Shown one piece after another: positions 20,109 through 28,526 of a DNA stretch of 64,000 nt (positions within the stretch are counted from its first letter, which is position 1; the number at the start of each line of letters is the position of its first letter). Source of the stretch: Bacilli bacterium (lineage in GTDB: Bacteria; Bacillota_I; Bacilli_A; RF39; UBA660); assembly GCA_030602345.1 (NCBI GenBank), contig JAUVZX010000002.1, forward strand, positions 71,049 through 135,048, given 5' to 3'. A model generated the notes under the pieces. That model saw only the letters and a program-made list of their open reading frames with translations. It was not told where the DNA came from and did no database searches. The translations under genes were made by a program, and so were the position numbers.

Positions 20109-20280
20109 TGTTAAAGAAGTAGCAAAATATTTATCGGTAAGTGAATCAACAATTAGAAAATTAGTTAGGGAAAATGGTGTTCCGTATTATAGGATTTACT
20201 CTAAAATTTTATTTAATAGAGAAATAATTGATTTATGGTTAAAAGATAAACAAAATAAAAATAATTATTTTGTTGAATAA
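20089..20280 (+). CDS. Excisionase-like helix-turn-helix protein (HTH_17)
   Basis: FNVKEVAKYLSVSESTIRKLVRENGVPYYRI..ILF....IDLW; SD AAGGAG. Confidence 0.9.
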   Translation: MEKIVFNVKEVAKYLSVSESTIRKLVRENGVPYYRIYSKILFNREIIDLWLKDKQNKNNYFVE

Positions 20281-20439
20281 ATAAAAAACTGTTTTGGTAA
20301 TATGAATATTAGATTTTTTACTGTATAATGATTGTAGTTGAGTATTGTTGTGATATTAGCATAACAGGTTAAAATTTATGTAATGTGTTTTGGTATCAAG
20401 TAATACATATAAGTAAAAGTTAAATTAAGAGGTGAATAA

Positions 20440-22155
20440 ATGAATTATATTGCGGGATATGAAGAAAAATATGCAATAATTATTGGAATAAATGAATATA
20501 AAAATACAAACAATCTTTTATATGCAGTAAATGACGCGGTTGCTATTGCAGATTTGTTAGAAAAAAAATTTGAATATAATAAAGATAATATTGAATTAAT
20601 ATTGGATAAAGATGCAACAAAGAAAAACATTTTAGATAAATATATTAAATTAATTGAAAAGACAAATGAAAATGATAGTGTTATTGTTTTTTATGCAGGG
20701 CATGGCTATACACAAAGATCAAAGAAAAATGATGTTGGTTTTTTGGTTCCAACGGATGCCAGTGTTGAAAATATTAATACATTAATCAGATGGGATGAAC
20801 TTACTCGAAATGCTGACTTTATTAAGGCAAAACATATGCTCTTTATTATGGATGCTTGCTATAGTGGATTAGCAGTTACAAGAGGATTTAATCCGGGTAC
20901 AAGTCGTTTTTTAAAGGATATGCTACAAAGATATTCTCGTCAAGTTTTAGTAGCAGGTAAGGGGGACCAAGTTGTTAGCGATGGAAACGGACCACTTCCA
21001 GAACATTCGATTTTTACAGGTCATTTGATTGAAGGATTGAATAATAGCGCCAAGAATAAATATGGAATTATAACTGCCAACGGGTTAATGTCCTATGTTT
21101 ATAACAAAGTTGCTAATGATACTTATTCTAATCAAACACCACATTATGGATTTATTGATGGTGATGGAGACTTTATTATAAATATTAATGAAATAAGCAA
21201 CATAATCGAAAAAGAAACTTCAGAGGGGAATGATTTATTAATAGATATTCCTTCTGCGTTTGAAGGGGACAACGATAAAAATATTTCTGATGAATTGGTA
21301 GAAGAAGTTAAAGAATTAGTTTCAGAAGATAAGAACATTATTAAGCTAGAAGGCCTAGTGAATTTTGAAATAAGAAAAATAATTGAATTGACTTCATATG
21401 AACATTTTTCAGTTAATGAGACAGCAAATCAAACGATAATAGATGAACGAATAGAAAAATATGAAGACATAATAAAAAATTTGCAAAGGATAATTATAAT
21501 TCTCTGTTGTTGGGGAAAAGAAAAGCATTTAAGAATAGTTGAAAAAATAATAAGTATGTTAGCGAATAATAATAGTCAAATAGGTGGAACAACTTCATTA
21601 ATTAATTTAAGATGGTATCCGATAATGATATTAATTTATTCTGGAATGGTTTCATCTTTGGCTTCGAATAATTTTGAATATTTAAGTGCCATTCTAAATG
21701 GTAGAGTTACCAATTTTAAAAGAGGATATATGGAAAGCGATTATGCTGTTATATTAGCTTCAAATTCAATTACTGATACAATGAATATTTTTAATAAGCA
21801 TCCAGAGGGTAAAAAGTATCATTATCCTTTCAGCGAATATATTTACAAGAAAATTCAACCAATGCTAGATGACTTATTATTTTTGGGAAACACTTATGAA
21901 GATTTGTTTGATATTTCTGAGTTATTAATAAGCTTAAAATATGTTGATATTAAATTTAAAGATGAGGAAAGTAGAGTTTGGGGACCGCAAGGAAGATTTG
22001 CTTATAAATATGAGGATAATGAGGAAAAGCTTTTTGAAAAACTTTCAACAAAGAATATTTTGAACAGAATTAATATATTTGATAATGATGAAAATAGGAA
22101 GAAAAAAATTGTAGACCTATATCAAAAATTTTTAAAAGGAATAAATCGTTTTTAA
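20440..22155 (+). CDS. Caspase-family (peptidase C14) protease with a large C-terminal domain
   Basis: YAIIIGINEY, L.YAVNDA, FYAGHG (His), IMDACYSG (Cys), HSIFT..L and QTP motifs. Confidence 0.9.
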   Translation: MNYIAGYEEKYAIIIGINEYKNTNNLLYAVNDAVAIADLLEKKFEYNKDNIELILDKDATKKNILDKYIKLIEKTNENDSVIVFYAGHGYTQRSKKNDVGFLVPTDASVENINTLIRWDELTRNADFIKAKHMLFIMDACYSGLAVTRGFNPGTSRFLKDMLQRYSRQVLVAGKGDQVVSDGNGPLPEHSIFTGHLIEGLNNSAKNKYGIITANGLMSYVYNKVANDTYSNQTPHYGFIDGDGDFIININEISNIIEKETSEGNDLLIDIPSAFEGDNDKNISDELVEEVKELVSEDKNIIKLEGLVNFEIRKIIELTSYEHFSVNETANQTIIDERIEKYEDIIKNLQRIIIILCCWGKEKHLRIVEKIISMLANNNSQIGGTTSLINLRWYPIMILIYSGMVSSLASNNFEYLSAILNGRVTNFKRGYMESDYAVILASNSITDTMNIFNKHPEGKKYHYPFSEYIYKKIQPMLDDLLFLGNTYEDLFDISELLISLKYVDIKFKDEESRVWGPQGRFAYKYEDNEEKLFEKLSTKNILNRINIFDNDENRKKKIVDLYQKFLKGINRF

Positions 22156-22170
22156 ATGTTTACTTTTACA

Positions 22171-22206
22171 AAGACTTTAAATCAATATGATTTAGGTCTT
22201 TTTTTG
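22171..22206 (+). terminator. Intrinsic terminator after the caspase gene
   Basis: AAGACTTTAAATCA-ATA-TGATTTAGGTCTTTTTTT. Confidence 0.65.
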
Positions 22207-22327
22207 TATTTGAAAAGGTATAATATTTAATTTTTAAATGTTTTAAAAGTATTTAAACTTTTTTAAAGAAAACCCTTGAGATTATGACAAAGGGTCTATA
22301 ATATATATTTTATGGTAAGGAGGGTCC

Positions 22328-22921
22328 ATGATGAATAATAGAATTTATGGATATGCGAGAGTGTCGAGCAAAGAGCAAAACGAGGAAAGGCAAATAAAAT
22401 CACTAATAGAAAACGGTGTAGAAGAAAGATTTATATTTGTTGATAAACAAAGTGGAAAAGATTTTAATAGAAGCCAATATCAAGTTTTAAAAAATGCTTT
22501 AAGAGAAAATGATATATTAGTTATTAAGTCAATTGATAGATTAGGTCGTAATTATAATATGATTATTGAAGAATGGCGAGATATTACTAAGAATATAAAA
22601 GCTGATATCAAAATAATTGATTTACCCATTATAAATACAGATAGAAATAAAGAATTATTAGGGACTGTTATTAGTGATATAGTATTAGGTTTATTATCTT
22701 ATGTTGCAGAACAAGAAAGAGCTTTTATTAAACAGCGACAAAAAGAAGGAATAAATAATGCTATGAATAAAGGGATTAAGTTTGGTAGACCAAAGATTAA
22801 TAAACCACAAAATTTTGATATTATTATTAGGAAATGGAAAAATAAAGATATTAAAACTAAAGAAGCGATGGAGTTATTAGAATTAAAGCCAAATACTTTT
22901 TACAATATGATAAAAATGTAA
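22328..22921 (+). CDS. Small serine recombinase (resolvase/invertase)
   Basis: YGYARVSSKEQNEERQ, DKQSGK, IDRLGR, RQKEGI...GIKFGRP and a C-terminal HTH. Confidence 0.95.
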   Translation: MMNNRIYGYARVSSKEQNEERQIKSLIENGVEERFIFVDKQSGKDFNRSQYQVLKNALRENDILVIKSIDRLGRNYNMIIEEWRDITKNIKADIKIIDLPIINTDRNKELLGTVISDIVLGLLSYVAEQERAFIKQRQKEGINNAMNKGIKFGRPKINKPQNFDIIIRKWKNKDIKTKEAMELLELKPNTFYNMIKM

Positions 22922-23028
22922 AGTTTTGATAAAAAATAAAAAAAATAAAAAAAGTATTTACATATTAAAAGTTTTCTGATATAAATATTTTGAGGAGTTA
23001 ATTCATATTTTTATGTAATTAATGATTC

Positions 23029-23140
23029 GTGCAAAAAGTGCAAAAAATTAAAAGTGTAAAAAAGTTAAAATCTCAAAAAAGCAGAAAACGTAAAAAGTGC
23101 AAAAGTGCAAAAGTGCAAAAAAGTGCAAAAAAAGTACAAA
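23029..23140 (+). repeat. Degenerate tandem GTGC(A)4-7 repeats / phased A-tracts
   Basis: About 12 units of 7-11 nt (GTGCAAAAA, GTGCAAAAAA, GTGTAAAAAA ... GTGCAAAA x2, GTGCAAAAAA, GTGCAAAAAAA, GTACAAA). Confidence 0.85.
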
Positions 23141-23150
23141 CGTTTAATAA

Positions 23151-23194
23151 TGCTTATAGAGATTTTTTTGTTATTTAAAAACCTCTTATAAGCA
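23151..23194 (+). other. Long inverted repeat/hairpin between the repeat tract and the Zn-finger ORF
   Basis: TGCTTATAGAGATTTTT...AAAAACCTCTTATAAGCA. Confidence 0.7.
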
Positions 23195-23214
23195 AAAAAA
23201 GAAAGGAGGTTATT

Positions 23215-23517
23215 ATGAATAATATTAAATTATTGCCACCACTTGAAGAATGGGACAGCGATAATCAAGGTTTATATTATTATGGAGATTCAATAGTAAA
23301 TGCTGATGGTTCATATAGTATGGAAGTCTTTAAAATGCCATTTCCAAGAGAAGAAGTATTCTATAGGCGAAGAAATATACCATCAAATATGTTAAATTTA
23401 CCCCAATATGACACTTGTAAGTATTGTAATAAAATACTTATTGATGGCTACTGGAGAAGAATGCATATGTGTAGAGCATGCTATGATAAAAAGCCTTGGG
23501 CAAAACCATTGTTCTAA
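23215..23517 (+). CDS. Small hypothetical protein with a C-terminal CxxC...CxxC zinc finger
   Basis: Strong SD AAAGGAGGT; CKYC-x13-CRAC. Confidence 0.7.
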   Translation: MNNIKLLPPLEEWDSDNQGLYYYGDSIVNADGSYSMEVFKMPFPREEVFYRRRNIPSNMLNLPQYDTCKYCNKILIDGYWRRMHMCRACYDKKPWAKPLF

Positions 23518-23526
23518 TATTTGAAG

Positions 23527-23568
23527 TTATATCACTTCTATATTTTGATTATATAGAGGTGATATAAT
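23527..23568 (+). promoter_or_regulatory. 16-bp inverted repeat overlapping an extended -10 box upstream of the recombinase
   Basis: TTATATCACTTCTATA-N9-TATAGAGGTGATATAA (1 mismatch); TGaTATAAT at 23560-23568. Confidence 0.6.
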
Positions 23569-23604
23569 AACATTGTAATCATTCTGATATTTGGAGGTGA
23601 AGAA

Positions 23605-25296
23605 ATGATAAAAAATGAAGTTCAAAATAAAACCGCAGTGTACATTCGTGTTAGTACAGATGACCAAGCTCGTGAAGGACATAGTTTAGATGAACAACTT
23701 GATAGAATTAAAGAGTTTTGTAATTATAAAAAACTTGAAATTTTGAAAGTTTATAAAGACGATGGTAAAAGTGCAAAAAATATGAATGGCAGACCAGAAT
23801 TTTTAAAAATGGTAAATGATGTTAAAAGTGGTAAGATAAATAATATTTGTATTTACAAGCTTGATAGATTAACTAGGTCAGTAAGAGACTTAGAGGAAAT
23901 ATTAACATTGTTGGAAGAATGCGATTGTGGTTTAATGTCAGTAAGTGAAGAAATAAATACAAAAGGTTATATGGGAGTGTTCTTTATAAGATTAACAATA
24001 TTGTTAGCTCAATTAGAAATAGATCAGACAAAAGAAAGAACAATAATGGGGCTAGTTGGAACGGTTAAGCAAGGTATTCCAATTGGGAAATTACCAATTG
24101 GATATAAAAGAGATATTAATAACAGTGATTTGAAATTGAGAAAAAAAGCGATTATCAATGAAGAAGAGGCACAGGTTGTTAGAAGAATATTTAATCTGTA
24201 TTTAAAAGGCTACTCATATTACTTTATAGCAAAGAAGTTAATTGAAGAAGGCAATGCAATGAAAAAATGGAAGGACTATGAAATACAAAAAATTATTAAT
24301 AATAAAATATATTGTGGCGATATAGAGCATAGAAAATCCATTAAAGATAAAGAAACAGTTATTTATGAAAATGTAGTTCCTCCAATTATTAGTAGAGAAG
24401 TATTTAATGAATGCCAAGTTTTAATTGAGAAAAATAAACATAGTTTTGGTGGCAGTTTGGAGTATATGTTTGGAAAAACTCTATATTGTAATAAGTGCGG
24501 TAGTATGCTTGGTGTTAGTTCAAATAAGGGAAAAGGAATTAAACATTATTGGTGTAAAAAGTGTAATAGCAGATTAAATGAAAGTAAAGTTGAAAAAGCT
24601 ATTTTAGAAAAATTAGAAAGTATTGAGCAATTTAATATAGCATTAACCTATAATGCTATTATGGTTGATGATGATAGATTGACTGAAATATTAAACAATG
24701 TAGAATTAGAAGCACCAGACGAAAGATTAAAAGAAAGAAAAGAAGAACTTAGAGATTTGTTAGATGATGCAGTTTATAAAGCAAATATTTCTAAAGATAA
24801 GAAAGAAAATGCGCTGTGGTCAGATATGAATTATGAAGAAAAGAAAACCTTTATTAATACTATGATAGAAGCTATTTACATAGATAAAATTAAAGGTACA
24901 AATCAACAAGATTATGATGTTGTAATTAAGAAAATCAGATTTAAGCAAAGCAGAGTTATGGCATTCTATAAATTAATAAACCAAGGTATTATTGATTCGA
25001 TAAGTGCCAAAGCAAATGCTTATTATAGTTCTTTTGCTTTAATTGATAAAGAAGAAGAAATTCAAAATTACATAAAAAAATTAAGGCAAAAGTATAAAAT
25101 AAAAGTTGATGAAATAGTTATTAGAGGCGATGAACCAAAAAGAAAAAATAGTTTAAAAAAGATGGATGATTTTTTTGAGGAAGTATATTTTAACAATGAT
25201 AAATTATTTAAACTAATTAAGGTTGGCAGAAAGAATGAATTATTAAAAGGAACCTTTAATAAAGAAAAACATATATTTATTAGCTTAGAAGATTAA
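23605..25296 (+). CDS. Large serine recombinase (integrase)
   Basis: AVYIRVSTDDQ (catalytic Ser), GRPEF, KLDRLTR, P.GY recombinase domain, I.N..Y.G, and Zn ribbon CNKCG...WCKKC. Confidence 0.95.
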   Translation: MIKNEVQNKTAVYIRVSTDDQAREGHSLDEQLDRIKEFCNYKKLEILKVYKDDGKSAKNMNGRPEFLKMVNDVKSGKINNICIYKLDRLTRSVRDLEEILTLLEECDCGLMSVSEEINTKGYMGVFFIRLTILLAQLEIDQTKERTIMGLVGTVKQGIPIGKLPIGYKRDINNSDLKLRKKAIINEEEAQVVRRIFNLYLKGYSYYFIAKKLIEEGNAMKKWKDYEIQKIINNKIYCGDIEHRKSIKDKETVIYENVVPPIISREVFNECQVLIEKNKHSFGGSLEYMFGKTLYCNKCGSMLGVSSNKGKGIKHYWCKKCNSRLNESKVEKAILEKLESIEQFNIALTYNAIMVDDDRLTEILNNVELEAPDERLKERKEELRDLLDDAVYKANISKDKKENALWSDMNYEEKKTFINTMIEAIYIDKIKGTNQQDYDVVIKKIRFKQSRVMAFYKLINQGIIDSISAKANAYYSSFALIDKEEEIQNYIKKLRQKYKIKVDEIVIRGDEPKRKNSLKKMDDFFEEVYFNNDKLFKLIKVGRKNELLKGTFNKEKHIFISLED

Positions 25297-25327
25297 ATAT
25301 AAGTAAAAAAATGTTATAAATGCTATA

Positions 25328-26821
25328 ATGATTTGTAAGGAAGTGTATGTAGTGGAAGAATTATTAAAAACAATTTATTTTGATTATTATAATATTAAAA
25401 GGACAAATAAATTTACTACTGATAAAGAATTTTTCAGATTTCTGTATAATTTAAAAAATTATAAAGATAAAAAAATAAATGGCAATGAAATATTAAAAAA
25501 ATATTTAGATCCTGTTGTAAAAGAAATTAGAGATAAAATTGGTAAAAACACTTTAAAAGATGATTTTTTTTCAGAAAAGAATTTTGTACATTTAACATAT
25601 CCTCTTGAACAAACTATAAAAAGATTACAAATTATATATATTAGTTTAGGTGAAGAAGAATGGAATAAAATTTTTAGTTTTAAATATAGTTTTTTTGTTG
25701 ATTTTATATTTTTTCTTATTAGAAGAGTTTTGTTATTTAATGATTATGCACTTCAAAAAGATAATAAAAGAAAACGAGAATATGAAGAAAGTTTTTCAAA
25801 ATCAACAAATTTTTACTTTACCAAAGATGAACTTTACAGCTTTTTTCCAAAACACAAAAAAGAGATAGATAAGATATTTAATATTATAACAATAAATATT
25901 TTTGGTTTTGAAAAAGAAGCAGATGTTTTTAAGATTATTGAAAATGACAATAAATATATATTATATTTTTTATGGGATTTCACATATTTTTTATACGATT
26001 TAATAGAAGACGAGATTATCAAATACTATGGCATTAATTCCAAAGAGTTAGATAAATATTATTTGAAAAGAGGTAAGGCATTAGAAAAATATTGTTACAT
26101 AAGCTTAATAGATGCTTTTCCCAAAACAAATATTAGAAGAAATTTATATTATGATAGTAAAAATGGAAATAATGAAATAGATATTATACTTGAAACTAAA
26201 AACGAATTTATTATATTTGAGCAAAAGAGTTCAAAATTTGATATCCATCAAACAAAAGATGATGAAAATTTAAAAAAAGCATTTATTAAAGCATTTGGAA
26301 ATAGTTTTAAAACACTAAACAATTTTTATGAATTTGCTAAAAATGGTGATGGTGTTATGTATTTTAAGCACGATAAAAAGAAAGTTAATATTGATTTAAA
26401 ACATAAAAAAATAATATTGATTCAAGTATCATTACACAACATAGAGTATATGCAAAGTAGCGTTCAAAAATTTGATAAAAATTTAATAAAACCAGTTGCT
26501 AATTACCCTATATGTTGGAATTTTATAGATTTTTTAACAATATTAGAACTTGCGAAGATGAATACAGAAATTGTAATAGAATATATAAATAAAAGATATG
26601 ACATTTTAAATAGAAACAAAGAAATTACTTTGGATATAGATGAAATAGATGCTATGGGATTTTTAACTGACTCTAGATATAAAAAACAATATGAGATGTT
26701 AACGAATGATCAAAACAATAATGTAGATTTAAGATTTATGATAGGAAATGGAGCGTATAGAAATGAAGTAAATGAACTAATGAATTCAAGATTTTATGAT
26801 ATGCTTTTTAATGTAAAATAA
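25328..26821 (+). CDS. NERD-like / PD-(D/E)xK nuclease-domain protein
   Basis: RGKALE...NL.Y...NEIDIILE...IIFEQKS motif pattern. Confidence 0.65.
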   Translation: MICKEVYVVEELLKTIYFDYYNIKRTNKFTTDKEFFRFLYNLKNYKDKKINGNEILKKYLDPVVKEIRDKIGKNTLKDDFFSEKNFVHLTYPLEQTIKRLQIIYISLGEEEWNKIFSFKYSFFVDFIFFLIRRVLLFNDYALQKDNKRKREYEESFSKSTNFYFTKDELYSFFPKHKKEIDKIFNIITINIFGFEKEADVFKIIENDNKYILYFLWDFTYFLYDLIEDEIIKYYGINSKELDKYYLKRGKALEKYCYISLIDAFPKTNIRRNLYYDSKNGNNEIDIILETKNEFIIFEQKSSKFDIHQTKDDENLKKAFIKAFGNSFKTLNNFYEFAKNGDGVMYFKHDKKKVNIDLKHKKIILIQVSLHNIEYMQSSVQKFDKNLIKPVANYPICWNFIDFLTILELAKMNTEIVIEYINKRYDILNRNKEITLDIDEIDAMGFLTDSRYKKQYEMLTNDQNNNVDLRFMIGNGAYRNEVNELMNSRFYDMLFNVK

Positions 26822-26850
26822 TTAAAAAGTTATAAAAAATAAGTTTTGTG

Positions 26851-26873
26851 CCTATTGGAAGATTGCCCCATTT
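26851..26873 (+). other. attR of the island (CCTATTGGAAGATT-GCCCCAT)
   Basis: Ends in the tRNA-His 3' terminal GCCCCAT; near copy at 29396-29417; followed by hairpins. Confidence 0.7.
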
Positions 26874-27211
26874 AAAAAAATACTGCTCATTATCCAATGA
26901 GCCTTATAAATAAAGGGATTGCATGTTTGCAATCTTCTTTTTTATGCATTTTTTAGTTAAAATCGATGGTTTTTTCGCCCGAAAATGCAAATTTTTAAGA
27001 ACCTTTGTATTGAGGTGCTGTATTAAATTTATATTGAAAGCGTATTAATAAGTGCTAATAATACGTATTGAATATGTAATAATTAATGTATAATCTGTTA
27101 AAAACCACTTTAAAGTGTTATAATTTTATTGGGTGATAACGATATTTAAAAATTAATTCTAGAAATAAAAATAACTGAATATAAATATAAATAGGAAAGG
27201 GTGTTGAAAAA

Positions 27212-28057
27212 ATGAAATTATATGAAGGTCAAAAAATCACAATATTTACTAAACACAAAAAGGAGAATGCAATGGTGGAACTATTTAAAAATTCCATTGG
27301 TGGTGATATTGAAGTTTATGATAAATTTGATACTGATAAGCTTGGAACTTTTTCAAGAGAAATATCTAGAAAAAAAAGTCAAATAGATACAGCAAGAAAA
27401 AAAATCAAGATTGCTATAAAAAAATGTAAGGAAACCGATGTAATAGTTTCAAGTGAGGGTAGTTTCACTTCCCATCCTGATGCACCTATACCATGGAACA
27501 TTGAATTAGTTATGTTTTATGATGTAAAGAAAAAAATGGAAGTCTATGGTTTTTATGCAGGTTCAGAAACTAACCAGAGTCACATTTTGACAAACAATTA
27601 TGAGGAGGCTTTAGATTTTGCAAAAAAGATTGGTTTTCCATCACATCAATTGATAATGAGACCCGATAGCGAAAAGTCAAAGCATATAGTGAAAGATATT
27701 AATACCAAGTCAAAATTAAAAGAAACATTTGATTATTGCGTTTTGAAATCAAAAACAGGGAAAGTTTTTATAGAAACAGATATGAGAGCTTACGCCAATC
27801 CAACAAGAATGAAGAATATCGAAAAAGCAACAAAAAACCTAATTGACAATATACTCAATTTTTGCCCAAGATGTCAAGAACCAGGTTTTGTTGTAAGCGA
27901 AGTAATAAGGGGACTTCCGTGTTCGCAATGTGGATTTCCAAGTGATTTTCCTTTGGAGTATGTTTATAGTTGTTGGAAATGTAAAAAAACAGTGACAAAA
28001 AAAAGTGAGGAAGCAGCAACTGTTAATCCGATGTACTGTCATAATTGCAATCCTTAA
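27212..28057 (+). CDS. DUF6671-like protein with a C-terminal multi-Cys zinc-binding region
   Basis: TKHKKE, DTDKLGTFSREI, SSEGSF..HP, ETDMRA..NPTRM, and CP.C/C..C/C..C/C..CNP motifs. Confidence 0.7.
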   Translation: MKLYEGQKITIFTKHKKENAMVELFKNSIGGDIEVYDKFDTDKLGTFSREISRKKSQIDTARKKIKIAIKKCKETDVIVSSEGSFTSHPDAPIPWNIELVMFYDVKKKMEVYGFYAGSETNQSHILTNNYEEALDFAKKIGFPSHQLIMRPDSEKSKHIVKDINTKSKLKETFDYCVLKSKTGKVFIETDMRAYANPTRMKNIEKATKNLIDNILNFCPRCQEPGFVVSEVIRGLPCSQCGFPSDFPLEYVYSCWKCKKTVTKKSEEAATVNPMYCHNCNP

Positions 28058-28382
28058 TTAAAATTGATAATGTTTAAATATAAATTTAAAGCAAACATTT
28101 TCGTATTACAGCTGTGACTTACCAGTGATATAAATAGCTTGTTGCCCCGTCATTTTAGACACACAAATTAAAATAATTATCGTATAAATTGGCTTCAAAA
28201 AAGAATATAAATTTATACTGAAAATGAAACTAACCCAATTGATATAAGGTAATAACCACTATTTTAAACTTGTATCGAGAATGTATTACAAATGTATGTG
28301 ATAAAAATACTAGACTTTTATTAAAATAAGCGGTATTTTGTAAATGACTAGTGAGTATGTGGGCTGAGAAAATAGTAGACCT

Positions 28383-28391
28383 TCGCCCCAT
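28383..28391 (+). other. Second tRNA-His 3'-end duplication (att scar)
   Basis: TCGCCCCAT identical to 14580-14588, followed by terminator AAAGAAAA..ACAAACCTT-TAAAT-AAGGTTTGTTTTCTTT. Confidence 0.6.
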
Positions 28392-28526
28392 TAAAGAAAA
28401 TGACAAACCTTTAAATAAGGTTTGTTTTCTTTTGGTAAAAAAGACATAACACACCTATATTAATTTAAGTAAGTTCTGTCATAACTATGAAATTTTTATG
28501 ATAAAATATTAATAGGAGGAACTACT

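Larger units (their letters stand above)
14588..26871. mobile_element. Integrative element / defence island inserted at the tRNA-His 3' end
   Basis: GCCCCAT direct repeat at 14582-14588 and 26865-26871; encodes a large serine recombinase, resolvase, excisionase-like HTH, HUH protein and RM system. Confidence 0.82.

Noticed and set aside
23029-23140. CRISPR array or canonical type III TA repeat array
   Set aside because: The units are only 7-11 nt with no unique spacers. No cas gene and no ToxN/AbiQ-like gene was recognised in the window.
23029-23178. 49-codon Lys-rich ORF (VQKVQKIKSV...) spanning the repeat tract
   Set aside because: It has a GTG start without a well-spaced SD, and an open frame is expected in A-rich repeats.
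14588-26871. Prophage, ICE, retron or gasdermin locus
   Set aside because: No capsid, terminase, tail, type IV secretion, reverse transcriptase or gasdermin-like ORF was recognised.
28141-28150. GTTGCCCCGT as a fourth att scar
   Set aside because: Only TTGCCCC matches; it lacks the CTATTGGAAG arm and a clear following terminator.
28230-28454. 74-aa minus-strand ORF
   Set aside because: It crosses an att scar and a terminator and has no protein-like features.
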